A stretch of 63,975 bases of DNA, the filler included, from Basidiobolus ranarum (lineage: Eukaryota): NCBI GenBank assembly GCA_040143965.1. It is 3 parts of 3 records of this genome, joined end to end, with 100 filler letters (N's around TTAATTAATTAA, not from the genome) between each part and the next. Parts side by side here need not be neighbours in the genome. Positions count along the whole stretch, not along the records: positions 1 to 21,830 come from JASJQH010000196.1; positions 21,931 to 43,733 come from JASJQH010000197.1; 1 more part is not named here. The stretch is one strand, 5' to 3'. Positions within the stretch are counted from its first letter, which is position 1. The number at the start of each line of letters is the position of its first letter. The translations under genes and the position numbers were made by a program. Below, one piece after another: positions 12,858 through 26,426 of the stretch. The notes below the pieces were generated by a model. It saw only the letters and a list, made by a program, of their open reading frames with translations. It ran no database searches and was not told the DNA's origin.

Positions 12858-13349
12858 TGTAAGAAACATTATATGAAACAAAATTTGGCATAGTGATGTT
12901 GCAACGGGCGGGAAATACTAATTAGAACAATATTACAAATATATATAGAATTCTTGCGAGTGATTGCATTAAACATTCTAAAATTCACTACAATGCATCT
13001 ACAACCCAAACCCTAACCCTACAACGATTCAGCTCTATGATTTGTTACTAGTTTCCAGTAAGAAGAATGGCTGATTTAATTCTATAGTGGAAGTAACAGT
13101 TGGAAACAAACAATAGATTCCACCAGAAAACTCTTACTGCTTGAAATATGCCATAATTGGCTGGTTTACGAATCAAAGGAATGAGAAGTGTAACGTTGAT
13201 ATATTTGATAGGAATACAAAATGTTATTTATTTTAGTATCTAAACAATGGCCATGCATGAAATTTAATTACATAAGTTTGGAATTGTAATATCGTGGGAA
13301 ATGTCGGGAATTAAATTATGATAATAAAAAATACCGTACAAACTTTTGC

Positions 13350-16300
13350 TTAGTTTGTGCCTAGATCTTGTTGAACAACAAGTCCGTAATATTGTCCTCT
13401 CAGTGCCATTAGTTCATCGTGTGTGCCCTTCTCGTTAACAACACCGTTCTTGAATACATAGATTACATCAGCTCTTTGAATAGTCGATAGACGATGGGCC
13501 ACAGCAATAGTTGTACGTCCCTGAGAAGCATTATCTAAGGCAGTCTGGACCACCTTTTCGGAGGCTGCATCAAGTGCAGATGTTGCTTCATCGAGTAATA
13601 GAATTTTTGGTTGACGGATCAATGCACGAGCAATAGCAATACGTTGCTTCTGACCACCAGAAAGTTGAGATCCCTTACCACCAAGAGGAGTATTGTATCC
13701 TTGTGGAAGAGTCATAATGAAGTCATGGATGTTAGAATCACGGGCTGCTTTCTCGACCTCCGCATCAGAAGGAACACGATCCACAAGACCAAAGCAAATA
13801 TTTTCCTTAATTGACATATCATAAAGAGTAGGTTCTTGACCAACCAATGCAATATGCTTACGCATATCGTTGATGTTCATCTGTCGTACGTCTTTACCGT
13901 CGATCATGACACTACCAGAAAGGACATCATAGAAACGCTCGGTTAGACCAATGACGGTACTTTTACCACAACCTGAAGGTCCCACTAGTGCAGCAAATTG
14001 TCCAGGTTTGATATCAAGGTTTAAGCCACGAAGAACTGGAACACCGGGGCGAGTAGGGTAGCGGAAATGTACATCCTTATAGGTAATATGTCCTTCGACG
14101 GATTCTACTTTATCTCCTTCGGCGTTAACGACATCAATGATAGGTTTACGATCTAATAGAGTGATAATACTAGCTGCTGCATGCTTTGCTTTGCTGATAT
14201 CGGGAACGAATGAAAACACGTTACCAGCACTTTGAGAACCGAAAACAATAGCAATGAACACGGTGAAGAATTGAGTCTGGTCGTACTCTGTAGCACCACT
14301 AGAGATTCTGGTAGACAACAATCTTCCTCCATACCAAAATCCAAGTGCATTAACCAAGAAAACAATAGCTTGTGATAGAGCAAAGATGAATGAGGATCCG
14401 AATGCGTTCTGTTTACCGGCTCTAACAGGCTCTTCTAACTCATCATGATACATTTTACAAACATCTTTCTCTCGTGTAAGCGAAGCCACAGTACGAATAG
14501 ATGAAGCTGCTTCACAAGCAAGTTGTGCAGAATGTTCATAGGCAGCCTTGGTCTTGGCTTGATAACCATTCATCATTCTCATACGAATAACACCAGCACC
14601 AATTAAGAGAGGAACACAAGTCATGACTACAAGAGTAAGTTTCCAACCGTATGCCAAACCTACAATGAATCCACCAAGGATAGTAATAACTACTTGCAAA
14701 ATAGTACCAAATGTAGAGCCGCTGACTCCTTGTACGTGTGTGGCATCAGTAGAGAGAGCCGATACCAAAGCACCAGTATTATTGCTATCACGATCAAACC
14801 AGCCGATCTCTTGGTTAAGCATAGTAGCAAAGGTCTTGGAACGGATTCTCTCGGTTAGTCTTTCTCCGGAAATACCAAAGAAGGTACCTTGAGCAGTTTG
14901 AGCGATAAAGGAGACTATAGCAATAATCAAAAACATCAAAGCCCAGAAGTTGACTTCATGGGTACGTTTAGCGATATCCTGAATAGAAAGGGAACTGATC
15001 ACTCGGGCGAAAATAATGGCGAAAACAGGGTAAATGGCACCTGTGACAATGGCACCACATAACCCACCGAACATAAACTTCAATTCGGGTTTGTTAAGAG
15101 AGAAAACACGATAACAAAGATAAAGGAAGGAGAACTTAGTTTCTACTTCTCCCTCGATATCGTTTTTACTGCCAACTGAAAGGATGGAATGTTTGGTAGT
15201 TTGGCGTCTTAATTCGGAATCTACGGTTCTCATGGCAGCGACATTCTGGTCTTCAGGTGGTGGAATAGCTTCTAACTCGTCATCTTGGTTTCCAATCTTT
15301 TGAAGCTCAACTAATTTGAAGTAAGCACCCTTTTCCGCGAGTAAAGAGTTGTGAGTGCCGGATTCGATGATTTGACCACGCTCCATAACAACAATCTGAT
15401 CAGCATTACGAATTGTAGAAAGACGATGGGCAATAACGATGGTGGTTCTACCGGAACTAGCACGATCTAAAGCTTGTTGAACAATACCCTCAGATTGAGT
15501 ATCAAGGGCCGATGTAGCCTCGTCTAATAAAAGAATTCGGGGATCCTTAACGATAGCTCTAGCGATAGCAATACGTTGCTTTTGTCCACCTGAAAGGAGA
15601 AATCCTCTTTCACCAACATGCGTATTATACTTTTCAGGTAAGGTCATTATGAAATCATGAGCATTGGACATTTTACAAGCATTTTCGATTAGTTCCATTC
15701 TTTTCTCTAGACTGGCATTCTCGTAGGGGGTACCGATTAATCCGTGAGCGACATTTTCCGCGATTGTGCATTTGAACAAGGTAGGCTCTTGCGATACCAA
15801 ACCGATTTGACGTCTGAGCCAATGAACATTGAGTGATTTAATAGGACGACCATCAAGTAGGACTTCACCATCTAGTGGATCGTAAAATCTCTCCAATAAC
15901 TGAATAATAGTCGATTTTCCAGACCCACTTGTTCCAACCAAAGCCACAGTTTGGCCTGGTGCTACGGTTAAATTAATTCCCTTCAAGATAGGAACATCTG
16001 GACGGGAAGGATAAGTGAAATGAATATCACGAACTTCAATTAGACCTGCAATTGCTTCAGTGGGTTTAACGCCTTCTTCAGAAGAGGAGTCAATGGGAGG
16101 GACTCGATAAATGGCATCGTATAGTTTCGCTGCAGCACCCTGTGCAAACGAAAAGGCTTGAAGATTTGGAGCGACGTGACCAAGAGAAAAGGCACCAATA
16201 ATGACAGCGAAAAATACATTGAAAACATCACCAACGTTCAATTCGTGATCAGTCAACAATTTACCTCCATACCAAAAGGCAAGAGAATAAGCAGAATAAA

Positions 16301-17317
16301 TGATAAGGAATATTACACCGATACCTGCACCAGTGGTAAATGCCTTTTTCATTCCCTCCGTTTTGGCCTTTGAAATGTTGACGTTGTACATTTCTGAAAG
16401 TTTCTTTTGCTGTCCAAAGGCAGTGGCAGTTCGGATAGAGGAGATGACTTCTTCAGCTAACGTACCAGATATGGAATAGTGGTCAAGCGCTCTTTTGACA
16501 AACTTGCTAGTGAACTTGTTCAAAGAACCAACAGAAATGGCAATCATTGGGATAATGCAGGAAAGCACCAAGGTAAGTTTCCAATTTCTGATGAAGGCAA
16601 TAATGAAGGCGGAGATAAAAGTAGCAACATAGGAGCAACTTTGAGGAAATTTCTCGGAAATACCGTCTTGAATCAAGTGAGTATCGCTAGTAATTCTGGT
16701 AGTGACCTCACCAGCACCTAATTTATCAAACCAAGCAATATCCTGACGAAGTACAGCAGCCAAATAGGCCTCTCGAATCTTTCTCGTTTGACGTTCACCA
16801 GCATATACCCAGGTAGACATGTAAGCGTAAGTGGTTACTAAAATACCGATAGCGAGGTAGACGTAGTAAAGGGTGTATTTATTAATTTCGGATCTGAAAC
16901 TGGAAATCATATCGTCAGTTAATCCATTTGGCACACTGGCTTGCCGACTGAAAGATGAAAACATAGTGGTCATTTGACCAAAGATAACACTAAAGTAATA
17001 GAAAGAATTTAGGTTAGAGAGTTATAACGACAGAAAATGATATATTTGAATACTAACGTCATTAAGGGCATACCAGCACCAGCTATAATGGCAGCAAAAA
17101 GGCCAATAGACATCAAAACCCAGTCATAGGTGGTTGCAAAGTTGAATAATTCGATCATACTTGCTTTTGGTTCAACATCTTTCTTTTCGTCTTTGGCAGG
17201 CTCGCTGATATTGATTGTGTTTTCGGCTGCTACCTTCTTCTTCTCGTCCATGACAGCGTCATTTTGTATTGTGGATTCGCTTTGGATACTATCCTGTTTT
17301 TCAGGAATCGAGCTCAT
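13350..17317 (-). CDS. Full-size ABCB1/MDR1 (P-glycoprotein-type) transporter, ~1299 aa
   Basis: complement(join(13350..16989,17058..17317)); TMD-NBD-TMD-NBD; Walker A GTSGSGKS and GPSGCGKS, two LSGGQ signatures, two LLDEATSALD. Confidence 0.96.
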
Positions 17318-18874
17318 GGTCGTGTGTAAAAATATTTGATGAAAAAACCAAGAAAAGCGATCGCTATTTATTTAAAACTCACAAGATAAAAAATACTATA
17401 TTTGGTAACTCCAACTAGAGCCAATGGACAGAAAGTTTTCGTTTATCTAATCATTGCCTCTAGTTAGAGTTACCAATCACGACGTTGATCTTCTTAATGG
17501 TCCGCAGAATAAACTTTCATCTTCTCTTGGATGACTATGACTGTCTATGGATCGCTAATCTTACAAGAGAATCATCCCTAGGTATGCGCAATTCAGCGGG
17601 TCTCTTGAATTATATTTTATATTATACCTACCTTTTTACTAATAATATTGATTTTACTATCTCCGATATCAGATCTGGAATACTCTATCCAATCAAATAT
17701 ATACTGGAATAAGCATAAATTTCCCATTTCTCCGGAGGCTCTCCGCAAAAACGGAATCCGTGAAAGATATTCCGAGAGAGTAAATGAGAAGCAAAGTATT
17801 GGCCAGAATCCAAAAATAAGTGATATTCTGGTTGACCAATCCATGTCTTCCTTAACTCTTCCATATATGATCTAAACAGGAGTATTTATTGTTCACGATC
17901 ACAACAATACGCGATTGGTTGGACTTTAAATAATTCCATATCTCCAGAACATGTAGAGTTCTACTGTTTTTGGCATTGTGTTATTAAATTAATTTAGGTA
18001 ATAATTGCGGACGAAGCACACCTTGTGAGATGCTTAGATAGCCCTAGGAATTAGACACAACAAAGGAGTATATGACCGTTAGTTTTTGCTATCGAGGATA
18101 AAGTTTTCTTCTATATTTACATTTCTGGCTCTCTTTTGCGCAGCAATAATAATATCACAAACCTATATAGGTATTCAATCTGATTATATAATGGCATGAT
18201 TGGAGGTTTGGTGAGTCTTTTTTAATCAACCGAAGATGGAGAGTGCCATCTAAAACGTGCATGTGATGTAACAGATAAATGAAACACTAGAAAGCTTGGG
18301 GATTTGTGGTACTACTAGCCAGGTATTATCATACTGTGTCACCGACAGCCCTAAAGCAGAGCTGTACTTTAGGATATAATGAGGATTGCGGACTTGGGAG
18401 TTAATGAAAATCAATTAGCAACTATCATCTTAGTAGGGTAGAGTATCTAGAAGGGTTAGCATAATACACTCACCGAGAAAAAGGAAATTTAAAAAGTCCT
18501 GTAGCACACGAGTACTCTCACAGCTCTCAGTGAGTTGGTGTGACTCAAAATTCGTGTAATTGGCGTCCATCTTCAATTAGTAATAATATCATAGGTATGA
18601 ATGAATGACACAACACTATGCACTATTTAATCTGGTAATGATCCAAGTTTGCACCTTCAACGATTGTTTAGAGTGTGATATTGATACTTCTAAACTTGTG
18701 TACGGTGCCCAAGTTATTGGATTTTTGGACAACAGCATTAAAACAACATAACCATCAAATGACAAACTCTTATAAATGTTCTGGAAAAGCTGTCTTTCCA
18801 ACAGTTTATATAATCTAATAAAATTTGGACAGTATGTCAGATCATATGTAGTGCTTGAAAATACCAGTGTATCT

Positions 18875-19021
18875 TGTTGAAATTAGCATTGTAGTCATAT
18901 CTGAGAACTTCTAAGTAAATTCCTTATGAGAATAATGGATAATATCTTAGTGAAATATAAGATAACTAAGTACTAAGCTACATATGACTATATAGGTGTT
19001 TAGGCAATGCTAATTTCAACA
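18875..19021. mobile_element. Fold-back derivative of solo LTR family A with 17-bp terminal inverted repeats
   Basis: Begins TGTTGAAATTAGCATTG and ends CAATGCTAATTTCAACA; the interior is the reverse complement of the LTR 5' part. Confidence 0.8.
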
Positions 19022-19226
19022 ATAATAGGCACATGTTTCGGTAGATATTGACTGGACCCAGTAAAAAAACAGGTGTCAAGTTATGCCATTAGGCTTTCAT
19101 ATTTAAATATACTCTTCCATCACTTCTGTACCAATCCTATGATATAGAACAGGATTAGTGCTAGAGAAAATACCAAATCAAAACTCAGGTTTAGTTATTG
19201 TAATATTCCATTTTAACAGCAAGATT

Positions 19227-19552
19227 TGTTGAAGTATTTTGGGAGTTTGTTAGAAGTGGTTTGGAGAATTTGAAGAATTGATATTTCTCACTTATTGATT
19301 TATTGAGTAGAAAGTTGCTATTCATAGTTTTGTCTAGATATATATAAAAAAGCGTATCAAATGTGTTAAAGAAAGTCCCAGGAACATGTGTGCACAGAGC
19401 AAAATCTAAAAAATCTATATATATGAGAACTTCTAAGTTGGTAAGAATATTCCAGGTAAATGACCAATGAGAATGGTGGGTAGTATCTTAGTGAGATGCA
19501 GAGTAACTAAATACTAAACTATATAGGTGTTTAAGCTATGCCAATTTCAACT
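19227..19552 (-). mobile_element. Solo LTR family A with 5-bp target-site duplication
   Basis: Reverse-oriented full copy flanked by AGATT (19222-19226) and AGATT (19553-19557). Confidence 0.88.
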
Positions 19553-20505
19553 AGATTAACTCTGAAAGTCAGAAAAATAGGAATGAGTCAGATTTTGAAT
19601 ATTTCCATAGTACCACATTAATTGGTACCAACATGTCATAGATTAGCTATATCCAAGTTTCCTTCCTATGTAGTAGTATAATTGAACTGAGATAATAGTC
19701 GCTGAACTTTTTTATATTTAATTTGCATGCATCAAAATCCCATTTACATTTTGAATTTGGTTAAACCGGCCTTTTGTTTGCACTATACATATTGAATTTC
19801 AATTTGTTAGCGCCAACCATACTGTTAACCATATTATTTTAGTGAAGACCTTGACCAACTTGCAAGTAGGCTACATTTTCTTGAATGAAATCCCCAAGGT
19901 AGCTTACCAAAGACAAACGCTTGACTTATGCATCCAAACAGAATATCCAATTTAATGAATTTGATATGGTATCAGTTAGTGTTAGAAATGGCAACAGTTT
20001 AAGATAAATTTTCCGCCTGTTAATAACTGTATGGTATGGTTGAAAGTAAATTGAAGTGATATAGTATATATTCTATAAAATTTAACTTAACTCTATGTTG
20101 ATAGCAATAACATGACCTTCAACATAAGACCCTAATTGTCTCACTGCTATTTCACACCAAGTTTGTTAATATTGCCACATCTAACCACGTTATACATTAC
20201 ACTATCATTCACTATACTGATCCATTGATGTCTCGATTTCTCATAGAAATTATTCCATAACCAATCAGGTGTAGGATTAGCTGATAGGGGTAATTTTCTT
20301 CTCAGATTAGTAATGGTGAGTGCTACTTCCAACTGCTTACAAATTGGGAAATCTCTTCATCCTCCCTAGCTAACGCTTTTCTGAGTAAGACAAAAGAAAA
20401 ACACCAGTCCTGTTGTACACAATCGTCAGTGCATCAAGGTGTAAGGGATAGGGTTGAATTTTTTAATTTACAAACCAGTAATTCAATATATGACCATGAC
20501 CGTGA

Positions 20506-20578
20506 TTAGGTGGGAAAAGGGAGATAGGTGGGTAGGAGTTAGGTGGGAAAAGGGAGATAGGTGGGTAGGAGTTAGGTG
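20506..20578. repeat. 33-bp G-rich tandem duplication
   Basis: (TTAGGTGGGAAAAGGGAGATAGGTGGGTAGGAG)x2 plus TTAGGTG; six GGG tracts. Confidence 0.9.
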
Positions 20579-20582
20579 ATAT

Positions 20583-21629
20583 TTACTGATTCTTAATCTT
20601 TTTACTGAATTGAAGTCTACTCTGTACTGACATGATCATCTTTCTGAACCAAAACACGTTCAGAATATTCAACGCACTAAATGCCAATGCGAACGCGGTG
20701 GTGACCACCCAGGGTACTTCATGAACGTGAGGAATTACCGTAACTAGTAGAAGGAAGGTTTAGTCGTATATTCCAATATTTCTATCACTTGAACAGTTCA
20801 CTTACTGGTTAAATCGTACATGGTCCAAAAGCCCCAAATTAAACGCGCACAAAAGAATACGATAATCAGAATTACTCCATTAATGATCTGTAGAATGCTA
20901 CCAGTGTAGCCAAGTTTATCCTGCCAGGGAAAGGTTAGTATCGTTGATGCAAGTACATTCAAAATAACCATGACCTAAACTGAGCCATACCATAAACCAG
21001 TGGAAGTTTAAGAATGGTGTGCTTAGTTCGAACATTAAGAAGTTACACCCAAAGTACATCAAATATGGTCGCTATAAAGGTTCAATATAGATTTAGTATA
21101 GTTGTAACATACGAGTTTCGGGGATATGACTTACGTATGAACTGATCCCTAAGCAGAAGGAAGCGATCCCGTGAATTGCAAAACCGAGGCCAAAATCTTT
21201 CAAATGCGAAAGGTGGAAAATAGTGTCCCACAAGAAATACCTAGATAATATAGCGTCTTAGTAAGTCAGTCACGGGTAAAGCCTGTTGAATAATACCCAC
21301 CCCGAGGCAACTGCATAAGTTTCACCAGTGGCATTGCTGTAACCAAATAGTTTATCTTGGGCGACGACTGGGTCCCAGTGAAGTGGGTAGGCCAACACAC
21401 AAATTACAATACAATTTACTAAAGAGACAACGTGTATGTTCCAATTAAGGCGTTTAGCTCCTTTCAAGTTCTCAAAAGTCTTTGGAAATAATAGAGGAGA
21501 AACTATATTTGAGACATAAAAAATGACTTGGCAGGTCAAAGCGGATATCAATAAAGTTGGCCAGTGGTAGGCCAACTTGGGAAGTCCAAACTGGCCAAAA
21601 AAAGCTTCCGAAGCGAAATGGTGCTCCAT
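20583..21629 (-). CDS. TLC-domain (TRAM/LAG1/CLN8; TMEM56/Tda4-like) membrane protein, about 5 exons
   Basis: Spliced exons give WNIHVVS, GYFLWD, FAIHG, RPYLMY..FLMFELSTPFLNFHWFM|DKLGYTGS..NG....FF.AR, LNILNVFWFRKMI; GT-AG introns. Confidence 0.88.
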
Positions 21630-21830
21630 TACCAATATTCAACAAAGAGAAACCAGACAAGTGTATGTAGCGAGGGGTTAAGAGAAGAGTTAACCAACCG
21701 ATATGTTCTAATAAAGGTACTGATACCGGGTCGGCTAAAACCCCACTTCGAATGAAATTGTAAACTACTTTCCTTCCCCTGTCCATTCACTCAAAGTCAT
21801 GTTGATTCTTCCAAAAATAGCAATAGCGAA

Positions 21831-21930
21831 NNNNNNNNNNNNNNNNNNNNNNNNNNNNNNNNNNNNNNNNNNNNTTAATTAATTAANNNNNNNNNNNNNN
21901 NNNNNNNNNNNNNNNNNNNNNNNNNNNNNN
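21831..21930. other. Assembly gap with synthetic linker
   Basis: N-run containing TTAATTAATTAA (stops in all six frames); same layout as the gap at 43734. Confidence 0.97.
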
Positions 21931-22208
21931 ATGTGTTTTTTCATTGAAATAAGCAATAGTGAAGTTGAATTAATTTGTGGACGTATATGTGACACAGCAT
22001 TAATCAGTTTTCCTGCATTACAAACTTTTCTAAACTAAAGATGAGAATATATAAACCCTTCCTAGTTCTAACCGAACAGATTACTAAAATATCCATTCTG
22101 TGGCAACGCAAGGACCATTTTAATCCCTTCCTTTCCCTCTCCTTTGGTTTTGGAGTCAATTGACGTTTTGAGTCTTTGTGAGACCTCAACGTTTGCAGTT
22201 CACTTAAA

Positions 22209-24617
22209 ATGAGTAACTATCGCCACCAAACTGACGCGGACCATCCCTTAGCTTACGAGTATGAGAACCGCTCAGAGGACCCATTCAAAGATCCCCCAAG
22301 CAGTCAGCATTTGGAAGATCTTTATAATGCAAATATAGCTCCTCCCCAAGGCTCTCGAAGATATCGGCAATATATGGATGATCGTCGTAAAAGTCTTCGA
22401 CATATAGAACTGATTTCTGGTAACTTGGTCATTGAATGTCCAATTGCAGATAAGATCTTAGAGAAAGCACCCAACAGGGGTGAGGAGTTTGAAACGATGA
22501 GATATACCGCGGCTACTTGCGATCCAAACGAATTTTTACAAAACAGGTATACCTTACGTTCGGCGATATACGGCCGTACCACCGAGCTTTTCATTGTGAT
22601 GACGATGTATAATGAAGATGAGCAGCTTTTTGTCAAAACTCTTACTGGTGTAATTAAGAATATTCGTCACCTTTGCAATCGTTCTAAATCTAAAGTTTGG
22701 GGTAACGAAGGGTGGAAGAAATGCGTAGTATGTGTTGTTGCCGATGGTCGCACCAAGGTTCATCCACGAGTCCTCAAAGTCTTGGGAGCTATGGGTGTTT
22801 ATCAGGACGGAATAGCACAAAGCTCTGTCAATGGAAAGGGTGTGACTGCACATATCTACGAATATACCTCTCAGTTATACCTCGATAGTGACATGAAGGT
22901 GCATTCAATCGCCGAGCAGGATTTTGTACCTATACAGGTGGTTTTCTGTTTGAAGGAGAAGAACGCGAAGAAGCTGAATTCGCATCGTTGGTTCTTTAAC
23001 GCATTTGCTCCCCTTCTCAACCCTAACGTATGCATCTTGTTAGATGTGGGTACTCGCCCCAGTGGCACTTCAATATATCACCTATGGAAGGCCTTCGACA
23101 GAAATCCAAATGTAGGTGGCGCATGTGGTGAGATCTGTGTCGAATTAGGCTCTGGTTGTTCTAACCTCTGGAATCCGTTGGTTGCTGCTCAGAATTTTGA
23201 ATACAAAATGAGTAATATCTTGGATAAGCCTTTGGAAAGTGTTTTTGGATATATCAGTGTTCTTCCTGGTGCTTTTTCAGCCTACCGTTATGCTGCCTTG
23301 AAGAATTCCTCTCCTGGAGTTGGTCCTCTTGCTTCTTACTTTAAGGGTGAGACTTTGCATGGTGCAGATGCTACTGGTGGTATTTTTGAAGCGAACATGT
23401 ACCTTGCTGAGGATCGTATTCTTTGTTTCGAGTTGTGTGCCAAGAAAAACTGCAAATGGGTGCTTAAATATGTGAAGTCTGCTAAGGCAGAGACAGATGT
23501 ACCTGACAATTGGCCCGAGTTTATCTCTCAAAGACGTCGTTGGTTAAACGGTTCCCTATTTGCCGCTTTCTTTGCTACCGCCCATTGGTTCCAGATTTGG
23601 AGAACAAAGCACAGCCTTTATCGGAAAGGGTTGTTTATGATTCAGTTTTTTTACAATGTCATCAATTTGTTCTTCTCCTGGTTTGCTCTTGGCAATTTCT
23701 ATCTTACTTTCTACTTCATGGGTCAAGAGAATTCCGGAAATGATAATCAACCAGATCCTTTCTTCAACAAGTCGAAGTATGTGTACGTGATTGTGCGAGA
23801 GGTTTTCTTGTTGGGTATTATTGTGCAATTCGTACTGTCGCTTGGAAATCGTCCACAGGGTTCGAAGATCATTTACATTCTCTGCGTATATATATTTGCC
23901 TTTGTGATGGCTATCATGCTCTATACTATTGGATTTAATCTGACCGTCTACTTCAGTGACCCTGACGTCTACAACAATCTGTTAAAGCAACCATTTACCA
24001 AGGAAACCGTCAACATCTTCATTGCTGTGGCCTCTACTTACGGCTTGTACTTCCTATCGTCATTCCTTTACTTTGAGCCATGGCACATGTTCACCTCCTT
24101 TGTGCAGTATATGTTCATCTTCCCCTCGTACGTTTGTATTCTTATGGTCTATGCCTTCTGTAATACGCATGATGTATCTTGGGGTACTAAAGGAGATAAC
24201 AATGCCTCAGCGAATCTTGGAAATGTCACATCACTCACGAATAAGCAAGGTATCGAAGTAGCGGCAGTAGAAGTGCCTACTGAGAAACAAGATGTCAATT
24301 CATTATATGCGGAATTATTATCCGACCTTCAAGTCAAACCAGAGCCAGAAAAGGAAAAAACCGATGCTGCTACGAAGCGAGAAGATTACTACCGTTTATT
24401 CCGTACACGTACAGTGCTTACATGGATGTTTAGTAATGTAGTATTAATTCTTGCATTCCAGTCGGATATCGTCAATGGTTGGATCAAAAGTATTGCTGGT
24501 GGTTATGTTAGTTCAAGGCCATACTTAGATTTTATTTTTTGGTCTATGGCGGGTATGTCTGCCTTTAAATTCTTAGGTTGTATTACGTATTTATATTTGA
24601 GAATAATGTTCGGTTAA
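22209..24617 (+). CDS. Chitin synthase, division 1 (class I/II-like), 802 aa, intronless
   Basis: [63 protein letters not shown]; short N-terminus. Confidence 0.96.
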   Translation: MSNYRHQTDADHPLAYEYENRSEDPFKDPPSSQHLEDLYNANIAPPQGSRRYRQYMDDRRKSLRHIELISGNLVIECPIADKILEKAPNRGEEFETMRYTAATCDPNEFLQNRYTLRSAIYGRTTELFIVMTMYNEDEQLFVKTLTGVIKNIRHLCNRSKSKVWGNEGWKKCVVCVVADGRTKVHPRVLKVLGAMGVYQDGIAQSSVNGKGVTAHIYEYTSQLYLDSDMKVHSIAEQDFVPIQVVFCLKEKNAKKLNSHRWFFNAFAPLLNPNVCILLDVGTRPSGTSIYHLWKAFDRNPNVGGACGEICVELGSGCSNLWNPLVAAQNFEYKMSNILDKPLESVFGYISVLPGAFSAYRYAALKNSSPGVGPLASYFKGETLHGADATGGIFEANMYLAEDRILCFELCAKKNCKWVLKYVKSAKAETDVPDNWPEFISQRRRWLNGSLFAAFFATAHWFQIWRTKHSLYRKGLFMIQFFYNVINLFFSWFALGNFYLTFYFMGQENSGNDNQPDPFFNKSKYVYVIVREVFLLGIIVQFVLSLGNRPQGSKIIYILCVYIFAFVMAIMLYTIGFNLTVYFSDPDVYNNLLKQPFTKETVNIFIAVASTYGLYFLSSFLYFEPWHMFTSFVQYMFIFPSYVCILMVYAFCNTHDVSWGTKGDNNASANLGNVTSLTNKQGIEVAAVEVPTEKQDVNSLYAELLSDLQVKPEPEKEKTDAATKREDYYRLFRTRTVLTWMFSNVVLILAFQSDIVNGWIKSIAGGYVSSRPYLDFIFWSMAGMSAFKFLGCITYLYLRIMFG

Positions 24618-24804
24618 CGTCGAACATTGAGTCTTCCCTGTTTTATATTCATCCATGTGTAATAATTGGGTAAAAATCGATGTACCAAGAAGTATATGCT
24701 AAGTGCTGGTCACTCATTAATTAAACAACATTTATTGATTATATATTTGCAAAAAAGTGGGTGACAGTATCATGTTAATATGAAAGAGATGAAGGTGCCT
24801 CCGT

Positions 24805-26426
24805 TCATACCGAGAGCGAAGCTTCTGAACTATCCAGAGTGATACGCCAAATTTCACTGGATTCATCCGAGCTTACATAGAGTCGGCCCTGACTGTCAAA
24901 TGCAAGACCAACTGGTCGGAAACAAGCACCTACACAATTCCCTGGATCCTTTTCTCCCCAAACATCAAATAATTCTCCAGAAATACCACCAACAGGTTTT
25001 CCTGTCTCCGAATCAAATGGAATACGAACAATTTTGCGACCATTAGGGTGGTCTCGGTTCCACGATCCATGGAAGCTTACGAAAGCGTCCCAAGTGTGAT
25101 CGCAACTAAATCCACCAGAGTAACCGCACCCACTTCCATCATAAAATTTGATATCTAGAGGTGCACTATATGAGCAGTGGTTAGTCGATGTCAGGATATA
25201 TCATTCAGTGCTATTACACTTTGTTTACCTGTGTGCGGGCATAGCCAATACTGGTGGCTTATTGTTGGTGATATTCCGACACCAAGCGTCAGATATAACC
25301 CTGTATTAAAGTCAGACAACGAAAGGGGACATTGACAGAGCAAAATAGGAATTACCCGTTATTCATAAAGTCTGGCCAAGCCCACTGGTTCCCTAGGTAT
25401 AGTTTTAACATACAATCTGCCATAAGATTCTGAGTAAAATCTGACCTCTTTCAGTAATGTCTGGCCTATATAGTGTGAGGTTGTAATCAGTCCTAAATAA
25501 TAGAATCTTAGTGTTAGGATTTATATGATTACTTCCTAAAACTTCGTAACGCTTTCGAACCAACAATAAGGCCAGCCATAAGCAACATTTATCGCAGTAT
25601 TGGTTCCATTTCCACCAAAGAAATTCAACTCTTCTGCAGGATTCCATTCATGAATATCTCCTCCTAAATCCTGTCTTTTCAACTCGTCTGATCCATTTTC
25701 CACTCCCCATACATTCTCATATTGGTCGATAGCTAGACCACACTCATTCCTTACACCGTCCGCAAGAACTGTACCATTTTGAAAGTCGAATCCATTGGGG
25801 TTATTTTCTAGCCATGAATCACCATCAGCACCAAGATCAAAGTACCTGACCATATAAATTCGCTTAATCCCAAAGAATATCAACATTTCATAATTCTCTC
25901 ACCTGACTCTTGCACGACGCGAATCTGGATCGACGTTGCGATAACTTCCAACATTGACGAATAACCTCCCATCAGACTCTCTAATCAGTAAGGTGCGAGA
26001 AACATGACCACCACCACCGATATTCCAAATCACCCTTTGGGCTTCATTTGGAGCAAGATCAACCTGACCAGGATAATAGGGCCAACGGAAAGTGGTGGTG
26101 TCATTCGATAAATAAAGGTGATTTTGGAAGTAGGCAATCCCGTGGTTCAAGGTAAACTGTGGAGGAAGGTTAGTCTTGTTAATTATGGTATGTTTCGTGA
26201 AGTTCCCTGAATCATCTTCACAAAGTGCGACCACTTCTTGTGACTGAACACTGACAACCAGTAGTGACCCAGCCGGGTCGAAAGTAATCCCTCTTGGCTC
26301 TGACATGTTGGACATCAGTAACTCCCCATTATATACGGCATCCTTAGCTAGGTTCCCTACATTTCTACTCCATACGCTGGACAAGAGAATCCCGAGGATT
26401 AGAAAGAGTCCAAAAAGATGTTGCAT
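24805..26426 (-). CDS. Secreted PQQ-dependent sugar dehydrogenase (AA12 / sorbosone dehydrogenase-like beta-propeller), multi-exon
   Basis: Signal-peptide-like N-terminus MQHLFGLFLILGILLSSVWS; motifs LNHGI, GHVSRTL, GVRNECG, VENGSD..DIHEWNPAEELN, YGWPYC, PLDIKF, SFHGSWNR, RPVGLAFD, SSDES across GT-AG-bounded exons. Confidence 0.85.

Noticed and set aside
1970-17317. Functional link between the cadA-like gene and the neighbouring ABCB pump (an ABCB protein has been reported as a DdCAD-1 partner, from memory)
   Set aside because: The pumps here are ordinary fungal MDR1-type genes more than 10 kb away; proximity alone is not evidence.
21875-21886. TTAATTAATTAA palindromic island inside N-runs (also in the 43734-43833 gap)
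   Set aside because: Synthetic six-frame-stop scaffold linker, not biological.
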